A DNA stretch of 64,000 nt from an uncultured Chitinophaga sp. (GTDB taxonomy: Bacteria > Bacteroidota > Bacteroidia > Chitinophagales > Chitinophagaceae): the NCBI GenBank assembly GCA_964634265.1, contig CAZWIM010000003.1:138541-202540 (forward strand), written 5' to 3'. Numbering within the stretch: the first letter of the stretch is position 1; every line of letters starts with the position of its first letter. Positions 56,720-64,000 of the stretch are shown one piece after another. The notes beneath the pieces are model-generated. The model was not told the DNA's origin. It searched no databases and worked only from the letters and a program-made list of their open reading frames with translations. A program made the translations under genes and the position numbers.

Positions 56720-57115
56720 ATGATTCACCTTCTACAGACCGGTTTGAACACATCAGATGCCGGATCCTATCTTCCGGTAGCGCTACAGGTACTGATAGCA
56801 GTAGGTTTAGTGGCATTCTTAATGGCATTAACGCATTGGCTGGGCCCTAAACGTAAGACTTCAGACAAGTTGCAAAACTTCACCAGTGGAATTGAATCTC
56901 ATGGCGATGCCCGCCAGCCCATGGCTATCAAATACTTTTTGACGGCTATTTTGTTTGTGTTATTTGATGTGGAAGTGATCTTTTTCTACCCTTATGCGGT
57001 GAATTTCAAAGGTCTTGGCTGGGATGGGTTTTGGGCTGTTTTGATGTTCGTTGGCTTTTTCCTTTGTGGATTTATATATATAGTAAAGAGAGGGGCATTA
57101 AAGTGGGAAGACTGA
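56720..57115 (+). CDS. nuoA: NADH-quinone oxidoreductase subunit A
   Basis: YFLTAILFVLFDVEVIFFYP. Confidence 0.96.
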   Translation: MIHLLQTGLNTSDAGSYLPVALQVLIAVGLVAFLMALTHWLGPKRKTSDKLQNFTSGIESHGDARQPMAIKYFLTAILFVLFDVEVIFFYPYAVNFKGLGWDGFWAVLMFVGFFLCGFIYIVKRGALKWED

Positions 57116-57216
57116 GCTATTGAAATTTGTTTATAGAATATTGAAGATCTAGGTGAACCCCGGGTAGTACGAGTTGTTTTAGGTATTAAATCTTCAAAGA
57201 AAAAAATTGTAATAAC

Positions 57217-57801
57217 ATGTCTCGTCCGGTATCATATAATCTAATACAAAAGCCGCTGGTTGCTGATATCAGTATGGCTGAGATGCCAGAAGGCCACCAA
57301 GGGGAAGGTTTTTTCGCCACTTCTTTGGATAAAGTTATCGGGTTGGCAAGAAAAAATTCTATCTGGCCATTGCCTTTTGCCACATCTTGTTGCGGTATTG
57401 AGTTCATGGCTACTATGGGTTCTCATTACGACCTGGCTCGTTTTGGTTCCGAAAGGGTTGGTTTTTCTCCCCGTCAGTGTGATCTTCTGATGGTAATGGG
57501 CACCATTGCCAAGAAAATGGGTCCGGTAGTAAAGCAGGTTTATCTGCAGATGGCAGAACCCCGCTGGGTATTGGCTGTAGGTGCCTGCGCCAGCAGTGGT
57601 GGTATCTTCGATACCTATAGTGTTTTACAAGGAATTGACCAGGTGATACCTGTGGATGTTTATGTACCTGGCTGCCCACCAAGGCCTGAAGCGATAATCG
57701 ATGGTGTTATAAGGATACAGGACCTTGTTGGCAAGGAAAATCTCCGGAGAAGGAATACTGAACAATACAAAGCACTATTAGAAAGCTACGGAATACAATA
57801 A
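57217..57801 (+). CDS. nuoB: NADH-quinone oxidoreductase subunit B
   Basis: TSCCGIE, GACASSGG, PGCPPRPE. Confidence 0.97.
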   Translation: MSRPVSYNLIQKPLVADISMAEMPEGHQGEGFFATSLDKVIGLARKNSIWPLPFATSCCGIEFMATMGSHYDLARFGSERVGFSPRQCDLLMVMGTIAKKMGPVVKQVYLQMAEPRWVLAVGACASSGGIFDTYSVLQGIDQVIPVDVYVPGCPPRPEAIIDGVIRIQDLVGKENLRRRNTEQYKALLESYGIQ

Positions 57802-57803
57802 TA

Positions 57804-58310
57804 ATGGCGTTGACTAACGAACATATTAAGCAAAAACTGATTGAAAAATTTGGAGAGCAGGTTTCCGGCTTCGAAGAGCCATACGGTATGCTGACTTTTG
57901 AAGCGCCTAAGGAAATGAACCTGAAAGTGCTCAACTTCTTATACGACGATGCAGCATTGAAATTTCGTTTCCTTACAGATATTACAGGAGTACATTACCC
58001 GGACAAAATAGGCAATGAGCTGGCCGTTGTTTATCACCTGCATAATCTTGAGGATAATGTAAGAGCCAGGTTTAAAGTCTTTACCAGTGTAAGTACACCT
58101 GATGTGTATACGGCCACAGGATTATTTTCCGCCGCCAACTGGATGGAAAGAGAGACCTATGATTTTTTCGGGATAAATTTTGTAGGCCATCCTAACCTGA
58201 AGCGGATTTTGAATGTGGATGAGATGGATTACTTCCCGTTGCGAAAAGAGTTTCCGCTGGAAGACCAGACCAGGATTGATAAAGACGATGAAATGTTTGG
58301 AAGGGGATAA
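57804..58310 (+). CDS. nuoC: NADH-quinone oxidoreductase subunit C
   Basis: ANWMERETYDFFGINFVGHPNLKRIL. Confidence 0.96.
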   Translation: MALTNEHIKQKLIEKFGEQVSGFEEPYGMLTFEAPKEMNLKVLNFLYDDAALKFRFLTDITGVHYPDKIGNELAVVYHLHNLEDNVRARFKVFTSVSTPDVYTATGLFSAANWMERETYDFFGINFVGHPNLKRILNVDEMDYFPLRKEFPLEDQTRIDKDDEMFGRG

Positions 58311-58325
58311 TTAGCTAATGTGCTG

Positions 58326-58389
58326 ATTTGATAATTTGAGAATGATTGAACGGTCACTTTCAAATAATCAAATCGAAAAATTATCAAAT
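58326..58389. repeat. Intergenic inverted repeat between nuoC and nuoD
   Basis: ATTTGATAATTT (58326-58337) and AAATTATCAAAT (58378-58389). Confidence 0.7.
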
Positions 58390-58395
58390 TAAAGA

Positions 58396-59619
58396 ATGTC
58401 AGAACATCATATCAAATTACCCGAAGGCTCAATTGAGAAAACGACTACCACGCTGAACCTGGGCCCCACACACCCGGCTACTCATGGTGTGATGCAGAAT
58501 ATATTGGAACTGGACGGGGAAAGAATCGTTTCTACCGAACAAACCATTGGTTATATACATCGGGCATTTGAAAAGCTGGCTGAACGCCGTCCGTTGGCGC
58601 AAATCACTACTTTAACCGACAGGTTAAACTACTGTTCCTCTCCGTTAAATAATATGGGTTGGCACATGACCTGTGAAAAACTACTGGGTGTTAAAACACC
58701 AAAGCGGGTAGACTATCTCCGGGTCATCATTATGGAGCTGGCGAGGATTGCGGATCACCTGATTTGTAATTCTATTGTAGGTGTGGATGCAGGAGCTTAC
58801 ACCGGCTTCCTGTATGTGATGCAATACCGGGAATTGATTTATGAAATTTACGAAGAAGTATGTGGCGCAAGGTTGACAACTAATATTGGCCGAATCGGCG
58901 GTTTCGAAAGAAATTTTAATGACATCGCCTTCCAGAAACTGGAAAAATTCCTGAAAGAGTATCCCGCAGTATTAAAAGAATTTGAAAACCTGTTTCAGCG
59001 CAACAGAATTTTCATGGAAAGAACAATGGGCACTGGTGCTATCAGCGCTGAAAGAGCATTGAATTATGGTTTTACCGGTCCCAATCTCCGTGCCGCAGGT
59101 GTGGATTACGATCTTCGGGTACACTCACCTTATTCCAGTTATGAAGATTTTCAATTCAACATTCCGGTAGGAACCACTGGTGATAATTATGATCGCTGGC
59201 TGGTTCGTAACCAGGAAATGTGGCAAAGCCTTAGCATTATTGAACAGGCTTATCAAAAAGTACAAGAGTTCAAAGGTGCAGAAGCAGAAATATATCATGC
59301 CGATGTACCTGAGTATTACCTTCCTCCAAAAGCTGACGTTTATACAAAAATGGAGGCATTGATCTGGCATTTCAAGATCATCATGGGCGAAACAGAAATC
59401 CCGGCGGGAGAGGTATATCACTCAATAGAAGCGGCCAATGGAGAGTTGGGTTTTTACCTGATCAGCGATGGCGGACGTTCTCCGTATCGTTTGCATTTCC
59501 GAAGACCTTGTTTTGTGTATTACCAGGCTTTTGAAGAATTAATAAAAGGTTCGATGCTGAGTGATGCAATTATGACGATGAGTAGTTTAAACCTGATTGC
59601 CGGGGAATTAGATGCTTAG
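58396..59619 (+). CDS. nuoD: NADH-quinone oxidoreductase subunit D
   Basis: LGPTHPATHGV, GYIHRAFEK, RLNY, IAGELD. Confidence 0.97.
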   Translation: MSEHHIKLPEGSIEKTTTTLNLGPTHPATHGVMQNILELDGERIVSTEQTIGYIHRAFEKLAERRPLAQITTLTDRLNYCSSPLNNMGWHMTCEKLLGVKTPKRVDYLRVIIMELARIADHLICNSIVGVDAGAYTGFLYVMQYRELIYEIYEEVCGARLTTNIGRIGGFERNFNDIAFQKLEKFLKEYPAVLKEFENLFQRNRIFMERTMGTGAISAERALNYGFTGPNLRAAGVDYDLRVHSPYSSYEDFQFNIPVGTTGDNYDRWLVRNQEMWQSLSIIEQAYQKVQEFKGAEAEIYHADVPEYYLPPKADVYTKMEALIWHFKIIMGETEIPAGEVYHSIEAANGELGFYLISDGGRSPYRLHFRRPCFVYYQAFEELIKGSMLSDAIMTMSSLNLIAGELDA

Positions 59620-59670
59620 TATGATTTGTCACCCTGAGCTTGACGAAGGGTGATTAAAAGAATAAAGAAA

Positions 59671-60174
59671 ATGAGTTTGATTTTTTCAGACGAGAAATTA
59701 AAAGAAGTGCGAAATATAGTTGCCCGCTATCCGCAGGGTAAACATAGAAGTGCATTGATACCTGTGCTGCATTTGGCACAGGAAGAGTTTGGTGGATGGC
59801 TGAGTACAGAAACGATGGATTATGTGGCATCAGTATTGAACCTGAAGCCCATTGAAGTGTATGAAGTGGCTACATTCTACAGTATGTTTAACCTGAAGCC
59901 GGTTGGCAAATACATGTTTGAAGTGTGCCAGACAGGTCCTTGTATGCTGAATGGCAGTGATGATATTGTAAAATACATTTACGAAAAGCTGGGAATCAAA
60001 CCGGGTGAAACTACGGAAGATGGTATGTTTACCCTTAAAACGGTAGAATGTCTCGGTGCTTGTGGTTATGCCCCCATGATGCAGCAGGGAAAATATTATA
60101 AAGAGCATCTGACCAAAGAAAAAATAGATGCAATCATTGCTGAATGCAGGAGTACTGCAGCAGCTAAAAACTAA
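59671..60174 (+). CDS. nuoE: NADH-quinone oxidoreductase subunit E
   Basis: EVATFYSMF, CQTGPC, ECLGAC; likely start MSLIFS. Confidence 0.96.
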   Translation: MSLIFSDEKLKEVRNIVARYPQGKHRSALIPVLHLAQEEFGGWLSTETMDYVASVLNLKPIEVYEVATFYSMFNLKPVGKYMFEVCQTGPCMLNGSDDIVKYIYEKLGIKPGETTEDGMFTLKTVECLGACGYAPMMQQGKYYKEHLTKEKIDAIIAECRSTAAAKN

Positions 60175-60177
60175 TAC

Positions 60178-60594
60178 TTGAAAAAGTTATTAGTCATAGT
60201 TCTTTTATTGACGGCAGTTGTGGCCGGGGCTCAAACTGAAGAAGCGAAACTGGCAACAACGATAAAAGAGTTTCACCAGGCGTTGGTAAAAGGGAATACA
60301 GTTTCCATTAACCAGCAAACTGATAAAATACTGAGTTATGGACATAGCAATGGCTGGGTGGAGACTAAACAAGAGTTGATCAAAAACCTGGAAACAGGTT
60401 ATATGAAGTATAACAGTTATAAAGAAGACAGTCTGCAGGTAGTGATCAATGGCAATGTGGCAAATGCAAGATTTGTGGCAGATATAGCAGCAGCTCTTAA
60501 CGGAAAAGAAGGCAACTTTCATTTGAAGGTGCTGGAAGTTTGGGTGAAGAAAGGAAAGAGATGGTTGCTGTTTGCCAGGCAGGCAGTAAAGTAA
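60178..60594 (+). CDS. Secreted NTF2-like (DUF4440-type) protein inside the nuo operon
   Basis: TTG start, signal peptide ending AGA-Q; LSYGHSNGWVETK...VWVKKGKRWLL. Confidence 0.82.
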   Translation: MKKLLVIVLLLTAVVAGAQTEEAKLATTIKEFHQALVKGNTVSINQQTDKILSYGHSNGWVETKQELIKNLETGYMKYNSYKEDSLQVVINGNVANARFVADIAAALNGKEGNFHLKVLEVWVKKGKRWLLFARQAVK

Positions 60595-60638
60595 AAAAGC
60601 TTATAGTTATTGGCTAATGGCTGATAGCTTTTCTAAAT

Positions 60639-61997
60639 ATGGGACGAAAATTATTATTAGACAAAGCACACATTGAAGGCATCAGGTTTTATGATGTATA
60701 CCGCCGCGAAGGTGGTTATCGTAGTGTGGAGAAAGCGCTGAAATCAATGACACCGGACCAGGTGACGGATGAAGTAAAGAAAAGTGGCCTTCGTGGTCGT
60801 GGTGGTGCAGGATTTCCAACTGGAATGAAGTGGAGCTTTTTGGCTAAACCGGAAGGTGTGCCCCGTTACCTGGTGGTAAATGCTGATGAATCGGAGCCGG
60901 GAACTTTCAAGGACCGTTACCTGATGGAGTTCATTCCACATTTATTGATTGAGGGAATGATCACTTCATCGTTTGCTTTAGGATCTAATCGTTCTTATAT
61001 CTACATCCGTGGTGAGTATGCATGGATTGTTGATATACTGGAGCAGGCTATTGCAGAAGCAAAGAATAATGGCTGGTTAGGTAAAAACATTTTGGGTACC
61101 GGGTTTGATCTGGAAATTTATGTGCAGCGGGGAGCAGGTGCTTACATCTGCGGAGAAGAAACCGCTTTGCTGGAATCATTAGAAGGAAAAAGAGGTAACC
61201 CAAGAATCAAACCTCCATTCCCTGCTGTAAAAGGTTTATGGGATTGCCCTACTGTGGTAAATAATGTGGAGACAATTGCTGCAGTTGTGCCCATTGTAAA
61301 CGAAGGCGGAGAAGAATATGCCAAAATTGGTGTAGGCAAATCCACTGGTACAAAACTCATTTCTGCCTGTGGTAATATCAAAAAGCCCGGTGTTTACGAG
61401 ATAGACATGACCATTTCGGTAGAAGAGTTTATCTACAGTGATGAATATTGTGGCGGTATTGCCAACGGAAGAAAACTAAAAGCCTGTATTCCCGGTGGTT
61501 CTTCAGTACCTGTTTTACCGGCTAATCTCTTGCTGAAAACAGCAAAAGGAGAAACAAGATACATGAATTATGAGAGCCTTGCTGATGGTGGTTTTGCTAC
61601 CGGTTCGATGATGGGTTCAGGTGGCTTCATTGTAATGGATGACAGCCAGTGTGTGGTTCGTCATACTTATACATTGGCAAGATTTTATCGTCACGAAAGT
61701 TGCGGACAATGTTCACCTTGCCGTGAAGGAACTGGATGGATGGAAAAAATTCTCTGGAACCTTGAAACAGGTAAAGGGAAAATGAGTGATATTGACTTGT
61801 TGTGGGATATACAAAGAAAGATTGAAGGAAATACGATTTGTCCTTTGGGTGATGCAGCTGCATGGCCGGTGGCGGCAGCTATCCGTCATTTCCGTGATGA
61901 ATTTGAATGGCATGTTACCAACCCGGATGATGCACAAAGAAGAAATTATGGATTGGCACATTATGCTGATCCGATAAAGATGGCAACACCTGCATAA
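60639..61997 (+). CDS. nuoF: NADH-quinone oxidoreductase subunit F
   Basis: GLRGRGGAGFPTG, NADESEPG, GAYICGEETAL, CGQCSPCREG. Confidence 0.98.
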   Translation: MGRKLLLDKAHIEGIRFYDVYRREGGYRSVEKALKSMTPDQVTDEVKKSGLRGRGGAGFPTGMKWSFLAKPEGVPRYLVVNADESEPGTFKDRYLMEFIPHLLIEGMITSSFALGSNRSYIYIRGEYAWIVDILEQAIAEAKNNGWLGKNILGTGFDLEIYVQRGAGAYICGEETALLESLEGKRGNPRIKPPFPAVKGLWDCPTVVNNVETIAAVVPIVNEGGEEYAKIGVGKSTGTKLISACGNIKKPGVYEIDMTISVEEFIYSDEYCGGIANGRKLKACIPGGSSVPVLPANLLLKTAKGETRYMNYESLADGGFATGSMMGSGGFIVMDDSQCVVRHTYTLARFYRHESCGQCSPCREGTGWMEKILWNLETGKGKMSDIDLLWDIQRKIEGNTICPLGDAAAWPVAAAIRHFRDEFEWHVTNPDDAQRRNYGLAHYADPIKMATPA

Positions 61998-63110
61998 ATG
62001 AATTGTATGGCTGAAGAGAAGAAATTATTTAAAGTAACCATCGACAACATCACTATAGATGTTGAGCCTGGCACCACTATCCTTAATGCAGCCCGGCAAA
62101 TTGGTGGCGATGTAACACCTCCTGCCATGTGCTACTACAGCAAGCTGCAGGGAAGCGGTGGTAAATGCCGGACCTGTTTGGTAGAAGTGGCGGCTGGTTC
62201 TGCTGTTGATCCGAGACCAATGCCTAAGCTGGTAGCAAGTTGCCGCACTACGGTAATGGATGGCATGGTGGTAAAAAATATCACCAGTGAAAGAGTGCTG
62301 GATGCAAGAGCTGGTGTAGTAGAATTTTTGTTATTGAACCATCCGCTGGATTGTCCTATTTGCGATCAGGCTGGTGAATGTCACCTGCAGGATCTCAGTT
62401 ATGAGCATGGTAAAGAAGGTACCCGTTACGAGTTCAAGAGAAGGACATTTGAAAAAGAAGATATTGGTCCATATATACAGTTGCATATGACAAGATGCAT
62501 TCTTTGTTATCGCTGTACATATGTGGCTGACCAAATTACTAATAACAGGGTGCATGGAGTTTTGGACAGAGGCGATCATGCGGAAATTTCAACATATATC
62601 TCAAAGGCAATTGATAATGACTTTAGCGGAAATATGATTGATGTATGTCCTGTTGGCGCATTGACTGATAAAACATTCCGTTTCAAAAACAGGGTATGGT
62701 TTACCAAGCCGGTAGATGCACACCGTGATTGCGATAAGTGTTGCGGCAAAGTAACCTTGTGGCAAAGAGGCGATGAGGTGTTGAGGGTTACTGCCAGAAA
62801 AGACCAATGGGGAGAGGTGCAGAGTTATGATGGTAAGCCCGGCTGGATTTGCAATACCTGTCGTTTTGATAAGAAGCATGTAAATGACTGGGTGATTGAA
62901 GGTCCTACTAAGATCAGCCGTCATTCCGTAATCTCACAAGGGCATTATATAGGTATGCAAAAACCTAAAGAAACGATGCCGGAAGTGATGGGTGGAAGGG
63001 CCCCCAAACTGCTGATGGATATTCATGATATCAGTGAAGTGAACAGTGTTGATATCAGCGCTTTGCCCGGACCGGCAACAAGTAAAACATTTGAAAAGAA
63101 AGAACAATAA
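61998..63110 (+). CDS. nuoG: NADH-quinone oxidoreductase subunit G (short, Fe-S domain only)
   Basis: CYYSKL, KCRTC, HPLDCPICDQAGEC, CILCYRC, CPVGAL, CDKCCG...CNTC. Confidence 0.94.
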   Translation: MNCMAEEKKLFKVTIDNITIDVEPGTTILNAARQIGGDVTPPAMCYYSKLQGSGGKCRTCLVEVAAGSAVDPRPMPKLVASCRTTVMDGMVVKNITSERVLDARAGVVEFLLLNHPLDCPICDQAGECHLQDLSYEHGKEGTRYEFKRRTFEKEDIGPYIQLHMTRCILCYRCTYVADQITNNRVHGVLDRGDHAEISTYISKAIDNDFSGNMIDVCPVGALTDKTFRFKNRVWFTKPVDAHRDCDKCCGKVTLWQRGDEVLRVTARKDQWGEVQSYDGKPGWICNTCRFDKKHVNDWVIEGPTKISRHSVISQGHYIGMQKPKETMPEVMGGRAPKLLMDIHDISEVNSVDISALPGPATSKTFEKKEQ

Positions 63111-63119
63111 TAGCAGACC

Positions 63120-64000
63120 ATGTACTTACTGGCATTAGACCTGTGGTTGATCGTAGAGAAAGCAGCATTGATACTTTGTATCATTGGCCTCTCCTTTTTT
63201 ATTGCTATGTACACCACTTTGGCAGAACGTAAAGTGGCTGCATGGATGCAGGATCGCCGTGGCCCCAGCCGTGCAGGTCCATGGGGAATTTTTCAACCGT
63301 TGGCTGACGGGGGTAAATTGTTCTTCAAGGAAGAAATTATTCCACTGGCTTCTTCTAAGTTTCTTTTCATATTAGGTCCTGCCATGGCCATGACAACAGC
63401 ACTGCTGACCAGTGCCGTAATTCCATGGGGAGGCAACCTTCACTTGTTTGGTCGTGATATTTCCCTTCAGATAGCAGATATCAATATTGGTATCCTTTAC
63501 ATTTTTGGTGTGGTTAGTTTAGGTGTTTACGGAATAATGATAGGAGGGTGGGCTTCAAATAATAAATTTTCATTGCTCGCAGCTATTCGTGGTGCATCAC
63601 AAATGATCTCATACGAACTGGCCATGGGGCTTGCATTGATTGCTGTGCTGATGCTCACAGGTACGTTACAGATGAGCGGCATTGTAGGAAACCAGATGGC
63701 AGGCAATAATCTCTGGCATATATTCCTGCAGCCTCTTGGTTTTATTATCTTTTTCGTTTGTGCGTTGGCAGAGTGTAACCGTACTCCGTTTGACCTGCCA
63801 GAAGCAGAAAACGAGTTGAATTTTGGTTACCACCAGGAGTATTCATCAATGAAGCTGGGTTTTTATCTCTTTGCTGAATACATCAATATGTTTATCAGCA
63901 GTGCGGTGATGGCCACTTTGTTTTTTGGTGGTTATGATATTCTGCCGTTTGTAGATGAAGCAAAATGGGGATTATCTGAGAACCTGCTGACGATACTTGG
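63120..64000 (+). CDS. nuoH: NADH-quinone oxidoreductase subunit H, truncated by window edge
   Basis: Manual translation from ATG 63120: ...AERKVAAWMQDRRGPSRAGPWGIFQPLADGGKLFFKE...AECNRTPFDLPEAE. Confidence 0.96.
   Translation, partial: MYLLALDLWLIVEKAALILCIIGLSFFIAMYTTLAERKVAAWMQDRRGPSRAGPWGIFQPLADGGKLFFKEEIIPLASSKFLFILGPAMAMTTALLTSAVIPWGGNLHLFGRDISLQIADINIGILYIFGVVSLGVYGIMIGGWASNNKFSLLAAIRGASQMISYELAMGLALIAVLMLTGTLQMSGIVGNQMAGNNLWHIFLQPLGFIIFFVCALAECNRTPFDLPEAENELNFGYHQEYSSMKLGFYLFAEYINMFISSAVMATLFFGGYDILPFVDEAKWGLSENLLTIL

Noticed and set aside
469-63375. Many short antisense or overlapping ORFs in the six-frame track
   Set aside because: They overlap confidently assigned genes on other frames and show no recognisable motifs.
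1-64000. CRISPR arrays, transposases, integrases, prophage, tRNA and rRNA genes
   Set aside because: No regularly spaced repeats or diagnostic sequences were seen by eye. A tRNAscan/Infernal run would be needed to exclude small RNA genes formally.

Overview
This is a 64-kb chromosomal window from a Bacteroidota bacterium, probably Chitinophagaceae-like. That assignment is inferred from TAnnTTTG -7 promoters, a short RpoD, a T9SS cargo protein, fused CcoNO and a short NuoG. Positions ~2.2-25.8 kb form a low-oxygen respiration island. It contains a complete cbb3 oxidase operon with assembly genes, a non-canonical NorC/NorB-like heme-copper pair, a clade II (Sec-type) nitrous oxide reductase cluster, an Rrf2 regulator, the Fe-S repair protein Ric, a heme-PAS kinase with a REC-Crp/Fnr regulator, and Hsp20. 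The rest is mostly housekeeping (trmD, dinB, rimM, rpsP, ffh, rpoD, lptF/G, rlmN, hisS, pseudouridine synthases), one uncharacterised five-gene membrane cluster, and the start of the complex I operon (nuoA-H). Four observations stand out. (1) Nine promoters share one architecture: two FNR-like boxes (NTGAY-N4-RTCAN) exactly 22 bp apart, with the -7 element 23 bp (once 24 bp) from the proximal box. (2) One of these promoters drives an unannotated ~100-nt structured RNA whose unpaired segment is complementary to the translation-start region of the regulator itself. (3) The NorB-like protein lacks the helix-VI metal-binding His and has Met in place of a low-spin heme His. (4) An Rrf2-type operator sits just after the predicted nos transcription start. 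I found no rRNA, tRNA, CRISPR array or mobile element. All calls come from reading the sequence only, with no database searches.
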